A stretch of 8,605 nucleotides of DNA from a virus (lineage: Duplodnaviria; Heunggongvirae; Uroviricota; Caudoviricetes): the IMG/VR virus record IMGVR_UViG_2695420564_000006; one strand, given 5' to 3'. Positions 1 through 7,631 of this stretch are shown here, piece after piece; the stretch's first letter is position 1; each line of letters opens with the position of its first letter. The translations under genes were made by a program, and so were the position numbers. The notes beneath the pieces were generated by a model, which was not told the origin of the DNA, did no database searches, and saw nothing but the letters and a program-made list of their open reading frames with translations.

Positions 1-436
1 GCTTGCTGCTTTTCCGTAAGCACCGCTCACGGCGCGCCAGAAAATTGTTTCGTTCTGACTGGGAGTGGCTTTCACGGAATGCCGCCATCCACACGGTTGC
101 AGCACGACGGTATAAGCCCCTGGACTCCAGTTCTTCAGCCTGGCGGGTCAGGCACAAAATTACCCGGGGATCGTTAGTGCCGACATAGAAATTGCGCACA
201 GGTCTGGTTTCACGAACTGGTTGTGGTTCCGGCTCCTGCGCTCTCTCAGTCAGGCGCGGGAAATGTCTACGTGTATCTCCTTCACAACGGTGAGCCACAC
301 GCCCACTCTGACGTAACTTGCTTGCTGACTGCAGAACGCGCTGCCGTGAGTAACCTGCAAAAGCATCCGCAATGTCTCCGGAAGTACACCCCGGATGGGC
401 TTCAATGAATTTCTGAACGTCATTCAAAAGACTCAT
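1..436 (-). CDS. PerC-family-like transcriptional regulator with an N-terminal extension; 5' complete, 3' end runs off the window start
   Basis: ATG at 434-436 (minus), 2 nt after the stop of the upstream gene, preceded by a G-rich SD-like stretch. Open frame of 145 codons to position 2 with no stop; absent from the ORF track because it leaves the window. Translation ends ...AEELESRGLYRRAATVWMAAFRESHSQSERNNFLARRERCLRKSSK, matching the PerC/Pch pattern (LE-x-x-GL-aromatic-RRAA-x-x-W ... RR-x-x-CL) as I recall it. Confidence 0.45.
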   Translation of the reverse strand, partial: MSLLNDVQKFIEAHPGCTSGDIADAFAGYSRQRVLQSASKLRQSGRVAHRCEGDTRRHFPRLTERAQEPEPQPVRETRPVRNFYVGTNDPRVILCLTRQAEELESRGLYRRAATVWMAAFRESHSQSERNNFLARRERCLRKSSK

Positions 437-438
437 AA

Positions 439-1257
439 TCACCCCCTGAATCCTGCCGGGATCTGGCTGTAGTCCACATTGTCGTAACTGGCTTTGAAGT
501 ACGGGTCCTCGCGTCTGGCTGCAGATACTGCAGGAACTTCCCAGGATTCTTCGAAATGACGATCCGGACCAAAGAACGTGACAGCCTGTTTCACAAATTG
601 TGTGCCGCTGTTACCCATCGCAGATACCCAGCCCGCGTAGCGTTTCACACCTTCCAGCAAGGTTTCGGGGTTTACCCCCTCATTCAAACGGGCTTTCCAG
701 GCTTTGAAGGCTGCAGATTTTGAATTGCCACCAGCACGTTTGGGATAGGCCAGCCATGCCTGCTCAAACTCCGGAGAGTATTCCGGTCGGTTTGAACGAA
801 CTCGCACAGACTCATCAGCAGATGCACCAACAGCTATTGGTTCATTGACTGGTTCTTTGACTGGTTCAAAAGAGTGACTGGTTCTGGGTGAATCTCCTGC
901 ACTACCCCCTGGTGCAACTCCTGCACTATCTGGTGAATTTGCTGCACCAGATAGTGAATTATTTGCACTACCCCCTAGTGAATCTCCTGCACCATCAAGA
1001 TGAAGGAGATAGATATTACTTGAGTTACCTTTTTCACCTTTCCGGGTGACTTTTTTTACCAGCCCGGACTCACAAAGGGCCGCAATATGATTCATCACAG
1101 AACGTTTGCTAATCTCGCACTGGTCAGCAATATGCTGGTAGCTGGGCCAGCACTCACTCTGATCGCTGGCATTATCAGCCAGCTTGATCAGAACCAGTTT
1201 TCGCAATGGATTACCCACTCGAATTTTCATCGCTTTAACCATCAGCTCCATACTCAT
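439..1257 (-). CDS. phage-type replication initiation protein: N-terminal helix-turn-helix domain, repetitive Gly/Ser/Ala/Pro linker, C-terminal domain
   Basis: 272-aa ORF in the track. N-terminal region has an HTH-like segment (SYQHIADQCEISKRSVMNHIAALCESGLV). Central low-complexity linker (GAGDSLGGSANNSLSGAANSPDSAGVAPGGSAGDSP, EPVKEPVNEP) is encoded by tandem DNA repeats. Start overlaps the stop of the upstream ORF (ATGA at 1254-1257). Sits between Rha-like and PerC-like prophage genes. Confidence 0.6.
   Translation of the reverse strand: MSMELMVKAMKIRVGNPLRKLVLIKLADNASDQSECWPSYQHIADQCEISKRSVMNHIAALCESGLVKKVTRKGEKGNSSNIYLLHLDGAGDSLGGSANNSLSGAANSPDSAGVAPGGSAGDSPRTSHSFEPVKEPVNEPIAVGASADESVRVRSNRPEYSPEFEQAWLAYPKRAGGNSKSAAFKAWKARLNEGVNPETLLEGVKRYAGWVSAMGNSGTQFVKQAVTFFGPDRHFEESWEVPAVSAARREDPYFKASYDNVDYSQIPAGFRG
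887..994. repeat. iteron-like array: five imperfect ~18-bp direct repeats at 21-24 bp spacing (candidate replication origin inside the initiator gene)
   Basis: Units at 887-904 ggtgaatctcctgcacta, 911-928 ggtgcaactcctgcacta, 932-949 ggtgaatttgctgcacca, 953-970 agtgaattatttgcacta, 977-994 agtgaatctcctgcacca. Each is bounded by GGTG...CACC-type inverted ends. Three copies of (t)tgactggttc lie just upstream at 845-884, and a moderately AT-rich stretch follows at 996-1060. Confidence 0.5.
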
Positions 1258-1478
1258 GCTGCACCTCCGAGATGCTTCATGTTTTTTCCGGAGCGAAAGG
1301 CTATAAGCGGCATACTGACGCGGTAATTACGGCCCAGCGGTTCACAAATCACCTTCTGACATTCACGGTCAACCAGGCTAACACGTAGAACATGCCCTGC
1401 AGGCGTGGTGTACCACTGACCCGGACGAGGACAACAGAAAGTATGATTGGTAAACCGTTTGAAAATATTCCGGATCAT
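1254..1478 (-). CDS. small hypothetical prophage protein (74 aa), Cys-containing, possibly metal-binding
   Basis: ORF in the track. Start overlaps the stop of the upstream Rha-like ORF (ATGA at 1475-1478) and its stop overlaps the start of the replication gene. Cys residues at 15, 16, 40 and 45 (CC-x23-C-x4-C). No family recognised. Confidence 0.35.
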   Translation of the reverse strand: MIRNIFKRFTNHTFCCPRPGQWYTTPAGHVLRVSLVDRECQKVICEPLGRNYRVSMPLIAFRSGKNMKHLGGAA

Positions 1479-1855
1479 TTGCGCCCCCTTACCTCTGAAG
1501 GGTTCAGCGACAAATTTATGAGGCAGGCCAGTGCCGAAGCATCATTAATATAGTCATACAAGCTAACAGCCAGCGGAGATTCGGCTTTTGCCAACATAGG
1601 ATAAAGCTGCTGCAGCCAGACCTGATGAATTGATGAAATGTAGGAATAGAGAACGCTGGCGTTATGTGCAACGTCGCTCAGTACAGAGGGATTTGAAAGC
1701 TGTTTCTCCATCTGGTTAAAGGCATTTATGTATGCCTCTTTGAACCGGGCAGCACGTTTACCAGTGAAGCCCATAGCAAGGAACGCGAAGCCATCGCGGG
1801 TGATTTGATAGCAAGGTAGTTTGCGGCCTGTGCAATCGGTGTAATCACTNANNGA
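1475..1855 (-). CDS. Rha-family phage regulatory protein, C-terminal part only (5' end lost at the N-run 1850-1853)
   Basis: Translation contains [51 protein letters not shown], matching the conserved C-terminal end of the Phage_pRha domain as I recall it. The expected N-terminal part of the domain is absent and the in-frame upstream sequence beyond the N-run is unrelated. The track ORF 1475-1909 uses a TTG in that unrelated sequence. Confidence 0.5.
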   Translation of the reverse strand, partial: XXSDYTDCTGRKLPCYQITRDGFAFLAMGFTGKRAARFKEAYINAFNQMEKQLSNPSVLSDVAHNASVLYSYISSIHQVWLQQLYPMLAKAESPLAVSLYDYINDASALACLINLSLNPSEVRGRK

Positions 1856-1973
1856 AGTTATCGACAACGACCGCGAAGACTGGAAGCGTATCTCGGCATC
1901 AATGCGCAAACAGCCTGATGCCCTTCGCTACAACCGCCAGACTATTTTTGGCCTTGTCCGTAAACGTCCGATC

Positions 1974-2378
1974 ACCCGCCGCGCATTGGGCAAAAAAGCG
2001 TGGCCCGGCGTGTGGACCAACTCGGTTTGCGGCCACCCACAGCAAGGAGAAAGTAATGAAGAGGCAGTGATCCGCCGTTGCCGCTTTGAACTGGGCGTGG
2101 AAATAACGCCCCCCGAACCGATCTATCCAGACTTCTACTATCGCGCCACCGACCCGAATGGCATTGTCGAAAATGAAGTCTGTCCGGTATTTGCCGCGCG
2201 AATTACCAGCGCGTTACAGCCCAACAATGATGAAGTAATGGATTATCAGTGGTGTGATTTAGCGCAGGTATTACGCGGTATCGATGCCACGCCGTGGGCA
2301 TTCAGCCCATGGATGGTAATGCAAGCGACAAATAGCGAAGCCAAAAAACGGTTGTCTGCATTTGCCCAGCGTAAATAA
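1974..2378 (+). CDS. idi: isopentenyl-diphosphate delta-isomerase (type 1, Nudix fold), C-terminal ~134 codons; 5' part not idi-like
   Basis: Translation [48 protein letters not shown]...[30 protein letters not shown] matches enterobacterial Idi. Convergent with lysS as in E. coli. The 38 in-frame codons upstream (1861-1973) do not resemble the Idi N-terminus. Confidence 0.8.
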   Translation, partial: TRRALGKKAWPGVWTNSVCGHPQQGESNEEAVIRRCRFELGVEITPPEPIYPDFYYRATDPNGIVENEVCPVFAARITSALQPNNDEVMDYQWCDLAQVLRGIDATPWAFSPWMVMQATNSEAKKRLSAFAQRK

Positions 2379-2402
2379 AAAACCCCGACGATTGCCGGGG
2401 TT
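2379..2402. terminator. putative bidirectional intrinsic terminator between convergent idi and lysS
   Basis: GC-rich hairpin ccccg-acgattgc-cgggg (2383-2400), flanked by an A-run on the plus strand (2373-2382), which is a T-run for the minus-strand lysS transcript. Confidence 0.4.
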
Positions 2403-2420
2403 GTAAGCGTAGCGTAATGC

Positions 2421-3263
2421 TTATTTTACCGGACGCATCGCCGGGAACAGAATCACGTCGCGGATGGTGTGGCTGTTGGTGAACAGCATCACCATACGAT
2501 CGATACCAATCCCCAGACCCGCAGTTGGCGGTAAGCCATGTTCCAGCGCGGTGACGTAATCTTCGTCGTAGAACATCGCTTCGTCGTCGCCCGCCTCTTT
2601 CGCGGCAACCTGATCCTGGAAACGTTGCGCCTGATCTTCTGCGTCGTTCAGCTCGCTAAAGCCGTTACCGATTTCACGACCACCGATGAAGAATTCAAAG
2701 CGGTCAGTGATTTCCGGGTTAACGTCGTTACGGCGTGCCAGCGGAGAAACTTCTGCCGGATATTCAGTAATGAAGGTCGGCTGAATCAAATGTGCTTCTG
2801 CCACTTCTTCGAAGATCTCAGTTACGATACGGCCCAGTCCCCAGCTCTTCTCAACGTGAATGCCAATAGATTCAGCAATCGCTTTCGCAGAGTCGAAGTT
2901 ATCCAGATCCGCCATCTCAGTTTCCGGGCGGTATTTTTTGATCGCTTCACGCATGGTCAGTTTTTCAAACGGCTTACCGAAGTCCAGCGTCACGTCGCCG
3001 TAGGTTACTTCCGTCTTACCGAGAATATCCTGTGCCAGAGTACGGAACAGCGATTCGGTCAGCTCGATCAGATCTTTGTAATCTGCGTAAGCCATGTAGA
3101 GTTCCATCATAGTGAACTCTGGGTTATGGCGTACGGAGATACCTTCGTTACGGAAGTTACGGTTGATTTCGAACACACGCTCGAAGCCGCCAACCACCAG
3201 ACGCTTGAGGTACAGTTCCGGCGCGATACGCAGGTACATGTCGAGATCCAGCGCGTTATNNAN
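2421..3263 (-). CDS. lysS: lysyl-tRNA synthetase, C-terminal catalytic (class II) domain, ~280 codons; N-terminal anticodon-binding domain missing
   Basis: Translation ...[51 protein letters not shown]...[32 protein letters not shown] matches LysS. The frame hits a stop two codons beyond the N-run at 3260-3263, so the gene is truncated there. Confidence 0.9.
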   Translation of the reverse strand, partial: XXNALDLDMYLRIAPELYLKRLVVGGFERVFEINRNFRNEGISVRHNPEFTMMELYMAYADYKDLIELTESLFRTLAQDILGKTEVTYGDVTLDFGKPFEKLTMREAIKKYRPETEMADLDNFDSAKAIAESIGIHVEKSWGLGRIVTEIFEEVAEAHLIQPTFITEYPAEVSPLARRNDVNPEITDRFEFFIGGREIGNGFSELNDAEDQAQRFQDQVAAKEAGDDEAMFYDEDYVTALEHGLPPTAGLGIGIDRMVMLFTNSHTIRDVILFPAMRPVK

Positions 3264-3362
3264 GTTTCATGCCCGCAGCCAGGTGTTGTTACCCGATGAC
3301 GATGGTAGATTGCAGCCATTGACGCATCCACAGGGGATGACGCCATGGGACGAGGCTATCGC

Positions 3363-4604
3363 CCACNGGCANNNNTGAGCGAAACCCTGTTCAAACCCCG
3401 CTTTAAACATCCTGAAACGTCGACGCTAGTCCGCCGCTTTAATCACGGCGCGCAATCGCCTGTGCAGTCGGCCCTTGATGGCAAAACCATTCCCCATTGG
3501 TATCGCATGATTAACCGTTTGATGTGGATCTGGCGCGGCGTTGACCCGCGTGAAATCCTCGGCGTCCAGGCGCGTATTGTGATGAGCGATGCCGAACGCA
3601 CCGACGATGATTTATACGATACAGTAATTGGCTACCGCGGCGGCAACTGGATTTATGAGTGGGCTACCCAGGCGATGGAATGGCAGCAGAAAGCTTGTGC
3701 GGAAGAAGATCCGCAAGTCAGCGGGCGTCACTGGTTGCATGCAGCCACACTGTATAACATCGCCGCCTATCCGCATCTGAAAGGGGACGATCTGGCGGAG
3801 CAAGCCCAGGCGTTGTCAAACCGCGCTTATGAAGAGGCAGCGCAACGTCTGCCAGGAAGTATGCGGCAAATGGAGTTCACTGTTCCAGGCGGTGCGCCCA
3901 TCACTGGTTTTTTGCATATGCCAAAAGGCGATGGGCCATTCCCGACAGTATTAATGTGTGGCGGGCTGGATGCGATGCAAACAGATTATTACTCCCTTTA
4001 TGAGCGCTATTTTGCACCGCGCGGCATTGCAATGTTGACTATTGATATGCCTTCGGTCGGTTTCTCTTCAAAATGGAAGCTCACCCAGGACTCCAGTCTT
4101 CTGCATCAGCATGTTTTAAAGGCGTTGCCGAATGTGCCGTGGGTAGATCACACGCGCGTCGTGGCCTTTGGTTTCCGTTTTGGCGCTAACGTTGCTGTGC
4201 GTCTGGCTTACCTTGAATCACCGCGTTTGAAAGCGGTGGCTTGCCTTGGTCCGGTAGTTCATACCTTGTTAAGTGACTTTCAGTGCCAGCAACAGGTGCC
4301 GGAAATGTACCTTGACGTTCTGGCGAGTCGTTTAGGGATGCACGATGCTTCAGACGACGCTTTGCGCGTAGAGCTGAACCGCTATTCGTTAAAAGTGCAA
4401 GGGTTGCTGGGGCGTCGCTGTCCAACGCCAATGTTATCAGGTTACTGGAAGAACGATCCTTTTAGCCCGGAAGAGGACTCGCGGTTAATCGCTTCGTCAT
4501 CTGCTGACGGTAAATTGTTAGAGATTCCGTTCAATCCGGTGTATCGGAATTTTGACAAAGCGCTTCAGGAAATCACCAACTGGATCGAAAAACGATTGTG
4601 TTAA
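3363..4604 (+). CDS. frsA: fermentation/respiration switch protein FrsA (alpha/beta hydrolase); native ATG absent
   Basis: Translation from codon 2, (T)[30 protein letters not shown]...NWIEKRLC, matches FrsA over its full length. N's at 3367 and 3372-3375 fall in codons 2-5. The bases where the ATG should be (3360-3362) read cgc. An in-frame ATG at 3345 lies in unrelated upstream sequence. Confidence 0.9.
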   Translation, partial: PXAXXSETLFKPRFKHPETSTLVRRFNHGAQSPVQSALDGKTIPHWYRMINRLMWIWRGVDPREILGVQARIVMSDAERTDDDLYDTVIGYRGGNWIYEWATQAMEWQQKACAEEDPQVSGRHWLHAATLYNIAAYPHLKGDDLAEQAQALSNRAYEEAAQRLPGSMRQMEFTVPGGAPITGFLHMPKGDGPFPTVLMCGGLDAMQTDYYSLYERYFAPRGIAMLTIDMPSVGFSSKWKLTQDSSLLHQHVLKALPNVPWVDHTRVVAFGFRFGANVAVRLAYLESPRLKAVACLGPVVHTLLSDFQCQQQVPEMYLDVLASRLGMHDASDDALRVELNRYSLKVQGLLGRRCPTPMLSGYWKNDPFSPEEDSRLIASSSADGKLLEIPFNPVYRNFDKALQEITNWIEKRLC

Positions 4605-5063
<459 letters not shown>

Positions 5064-5073
5064 CTGACATGTA

Positions 5074-5103
5074 CCGGGTTAGATGCTCGTACATCTAACC
5101 CGG
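5074..5103. terminator. perfect 12-bp-stem hairpin downstream of crl (possible terminator or RNA structure)
   Basis: ccgggttagatg (5074-5085), loop ctcgta, catctaacccgg (5092-5103), exact reverse complements. No immediate U-run; a T-run follows at 5116-5121. Confidence 0.45.
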
Positions 5104-5121
5104 CCTGGAATATTAGTTTTT

Positions 5122-5155
5122 GTAGGCCGGATAAGGCGTTCTCGTTGCATCCGGC
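5122..5155. repeat. REP (repetitive extragenic palindromic) element
   Basis: The reverse complement gccggatgcaacgagaacgccttatccggcctac fits the E. coli REP consensus (GCCGGATGCGGCG...CGCCTTATCCGGCCTAC). Lies in the crl-phoE intergenic space. Confidence 0.7.
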
Positions 5156-5163
5156 AATATTCG

Positions 5164-5976
5164 TTAAAATTGATATGTCATTCCAACCGCGACAATATCA
5201 TCATTATTAATATTCAACTTGTTATTGCTATCCAGTTGGTTGATTTTATAATCAACAAACGCTGACATATTTTTGTTGAAAAAATATGTTGCACTGACAT
5301 CAATATAATTGACCAGATCCTCATCACCGATGCCTTCAATATCTTTTCCTTTTGATAATACATAACCTAACGATGGACGCAGACCAAAATCAAATTGATA
5401 TTGCGCGACGGCTTCAAAATTTTGTGTTTTATTAGCAAAACCGCCAGAAATTGGCGTCATGTTACGTGTTTCAGAATAAAAAGTTGCCAGGTAAATATCG
5501 TTGGCGTCATATTTCAGGCCTGTTGCCCATGCTTCTGCGCGCTTGCCTGTACCACGGCTTTGCAGGTTTTGCTCATTGGTGCGGTCAGAATTAGTATAGG
5601 CTCCGCTGATGGCAAAATCGCTGCCGCCAAAGTCATAACTCAGTGAAGTACCGAATCCATCACCGTTTTGCTTTTTCACATCGCGATTTTCGTTTTTTCC
5701 TTGATATTGCAGGGTTAAGTTCAGGCCATCTACAATGCCGAAGAAGTCGGTATTACGATAAGTTGCCAGTCCGCTGGCGCGCTTGGTCATAAAGTTGTCG
5801 GTTTGTGCGGAGGAATCGCCACCAAATTCCGGGAACATATCGGTCCAGGCTTCTACGTCATATAACGCGCCCAGGTTACGACCATAATCAAAAGAACCCA
5901 AATCTTTATATTTCAATCCGGCAAACGCGAGGTGCGTTTTTTGCTGTGTGGTATCGCTTTCAGCTTTATTCCCGGC
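5164..5976 (-). CDS. phoE: outer-membrane phosphoporin PhoE, C-terminal ~270 codons; N-terminal ~90 codons including signal peptide missing
   Basis: Translation [53 protein letters not shown]...VAVGMTYQF, with the porin C-terminal F, matches PhoE. The frame breaks at the N-run 5977-5983 and sequence beyond is unrelated. The track start at 5916 is a TTG inside the gene. Confidence 0.9.
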   Translation of the reverse strand, partial: AGNKAESDTTQQKTHLAFAGLKYKDLGSFDYGRNLGALYDVEAWTDMFPEFGGDSSAQTDNFMTKRASGLATYRNTDFFGIVDGLNLTLQYQGKNENRDVKKQNGDGFGTSLSYDFGGSDFAISGAYTNSDRTNEQNLQSRGTGKRAEAWATGLKYDANDIYLATFYSETRNMTPISGGFANKTQNFEAVAQYQFDFGLRPSLGYVLSKGKDIEGIGDEDLVNYIDVSATYFFNKNMSAFVDYKINQLDSNNKLNINNDDIVAVGMTYQF

Positions 5977-6027
5977 NNNCNGNGGCGATGAGTACCGCTA
6001 ACAACAATGTTGGCGGCGCTGCGCCGG

Positions 6028-6111
6028 GGAACCTGCAAGATCAAAGCAATCGGCGGCTTCGCAGATCCCCTTTATAAACATCAGGCAGATTACTAACATC
6101 CATTTTTTCAT
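6028..6111 (-). CDS. N-terminal fragment (~27 codons) of an F-like plasmid lytic transglycosylase (orf169 / gene 19 family), truncated
   Basis: ATG at 6109-6111 (minus) with a GGTGGA SD-like motif 5 nt upstream. [27 protein letters not shown] matches the signal-peptide N-terminus of the F orf169 / R1 P19 family as I recall it. Similarity stops after ~27 codons and the frame ends 10 codons later. Confidence 0.45.
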
Positions 6112-6119
6112 TTTTCCAC

Positions 6120-6217
6120 CTCTGGTGACTTTATCCGTAAATAATTTAACCCACTCCACAAAAAGGCTCAACAGGTTGGTGGTTCTCACAACCAAAAGCG
6201 GCANANNCNNCGCNNNG
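6120..6217. other. F-like plasmid oriT-like fragment (nic-proximal region), partly N-masked
   Basis: ggtggttctcacaaccaaaagcggca-N-a-NN-c-NN-cgc-NNN resembles the F oriT segment ggtggttctcaccaccaaaagcaccacaccccacgc (reverse complement of the nic-site strand). It is immediately upstream of the orf169-like start, as on F-like plasmids. Confidence 0.4.
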
Positions 6218-6218
6218 G

Positions 6219-6751
6219 GGGGATAAAACCACATTTTGGCAAGCTAACGTCAGGGCCACGAACATGCTGGCACAGACGGCAGGCAGGTTGTGTATTCCCC
6301 GGTTTATCCATATCTCCACGCCCGCGGTGTATTTTGATTTTCAGCATCATTATGACCTGCAAGAAACGTATCTTGCCCGGGCATTCTCCAGCTATTACGC
6401 CAGCAGCAAATACGCTGCTGAGCAGGCTATTGCCGGGGCGGTATCTCAATATCCGACCACGACGTTTATTCTTTTGCGTCCCCGTGGTTTGTTTGGCCCC
6501 CATGACCAGGTAATTGTTCCTCGTCTGATGCGGCAGCTGCAACAAGGCGGCGGCCTTCTACGTTTACCGCGCGGTGGTGAAGCGTTATTGGATCTCACGT
6601 TCGTGCAAAATGTGGTGTATGCCATGCAACTGGCAACGCAAGTTGAAGGATTACGCTCGGGCAGTATTTACAACATCAGCAATCATCAGCCGCAGCCGTT
6701 ATCTGTGATGCTTGACGCCTTGCTGCGCCAGCAACTGGGCTTGAGTTACCA
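6219..6751 (+). CDS. NAD-dependent epimerase/dehydratase (extended SDR) family protein, YbjS-like, internal-to-C-terminal fragment
   Basis: In-frame translation from 6219, ...FWQANVRATNMLAQTAGRLCIPRFIHISTPAVYFDFQHHYDLQETYLARAFSSYYASSKYAAEQ..., carries the SDR catalytic YxxxK (YASSK) and resembles E. coli YbjS-type proteins. The Rossmann N-terminus is absent and the C-terminus changes character after the N at 6752. Confidence 0.5.
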
Positions 6752-6889
6752 NAAGGCAACTCTGAAAAAAGCGAGGAAATACTGCTACCATCAGGAAGAT
6801 GAGTCACAATCAACGGAAGAACTTCTACAACCATAATATAAATTGCAGAGAACATTACAAACTTAATGAGTGCAGTACGAAAAATAAAA

Positions 6890-7630
6890 CCANNACTGGC
6901 CCGCGCGGTGGTTGCCGGGTTAGCGCAAGCAGATACGCTGAGGATGCGTTTTACGGAAGATAACGGCGAAGTCTGGCAATGGGTCGATGATGCGCTGACG
7001 TTCGAACAGCCAGAAATTATTGACCTGCGTACCAACATTGATCCGCACGGTACTGCGCGGGCATTAATGCAGGCGGATTTACAACAAAACCTGCGTATCG
7101 ATAGTGGTAATCCGCTTGTTTTTCATAAGATTATACAGGTGGAGGATAATCGTTGGTACTGGTATCAACGTTATCACCATTTGCTGGTCGATGGCTTCAG
7201 TTTCCCGGCCATTACCCGCCAGATAGCCAACATTTATTGTGCCTGGCTGCGTGGCGAACCTACGCCTGCGTCGCCGTTTACTTCTTTCACTGATGTAGTG
7301 GAAGAGTACCAGCAATATCGCGAAAGCGAAGCCTGGCAGCGTGATGCGGCTTTCTGGGCGGATCAACGTCGTCAACTACCGCCGCCAGCGTCACTTTCGC
7401 CTGCACCTTTACCGGGGCGCAGTGCCTCGGCAGATATTCTGCGCCTGAAACTGGAATTTACTGACGGGGAATTCCGCCAACTGGCAGCGCAACTTCCGAC
7501 CGTACAACGTACCGATTTAGCTCTCGCGCTGGCGGCATTGTGGCTGGGGCGATTGTGCAACCGCATGGACTATGCCGCCGGATTTATCTTTATGCGCCGT
7601 ATGGGCTCGGCGGCGTTGACGGCTACCGGA
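6890..7630 (+). CDS. entF: enterobactin non-ribosomal peptide synthetase EntF, N-terminal condensation-domain fragment (~247 codons)
   Basis: Translation P-x-LARAVVAGLAQADTLRMRFTEDNGEVWQWVDDALTFEQPEIIDLRTNIDPHGTA...YWYQRYHHLLVDGFSFPAIT...LCNRMDYAAGFIFMRRMGSAALTATG matches EntF residues ~30-275, including the HHxxxDG condensation motif (HHLLVDG). Flanked by unrelated sequence at both ends. Confidence 0.85.
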
Positions 7631-7631
7631 N

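Noticed and set aside
3-408. Two 61-aa plus-strand ORFs (3-188, 223-408)
   Set aside because: Both are antisense to the PerC-like minus-strand ORF, which has the better start context and a recognisable motif.
845-994. Interpreting the tandem repeats as a CRISPR-like or VNTR array
   Set aside because: The repeats are imperfect, lie inside an intact reading frame, have no unique spacers and are spaced at helical-turn multiples. An iteron or linker-coding repeat fits better.
1087-1326. 79-aa plus-strand ORF
   Set aside because: Antisense to the replication-initiator and small-ORF genes; no supporting signals.
2538-3299. 253-aa plus-strand ORF in the track
   Set aside because: Lies entirely antisense to the well-supported lysS reading frame and crosses the N-run junction; no recognisable protein features.
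3343-3348. CCATGG (NcoI-type site) overlapping the in-frame ATG upstream of frsA, as a hint of a cloning junction
   Set aside because: A 6-bp site occurs by chance about once per 4 kb and no vector sequence is recognisable nearby, so it is not evidence of engineering on its own.
3612-4431. Minus-strand ORFs 3612-3803 and 4186-4431
   Set aside because: Antisense within frsA; typical spurious ORFs in a GC-rich gene.
5805-6234. ORFs 5805-6077 (+) and the long form 5998-6234 (-)
   Set aside because: The plus ORF is antisense to phoE and crosses a junction. The minus ORF as listed starts at a non-ATG codon inside oriT-like DNA; only the portion from the ATG at 6111 is plausibly a gene fragment.
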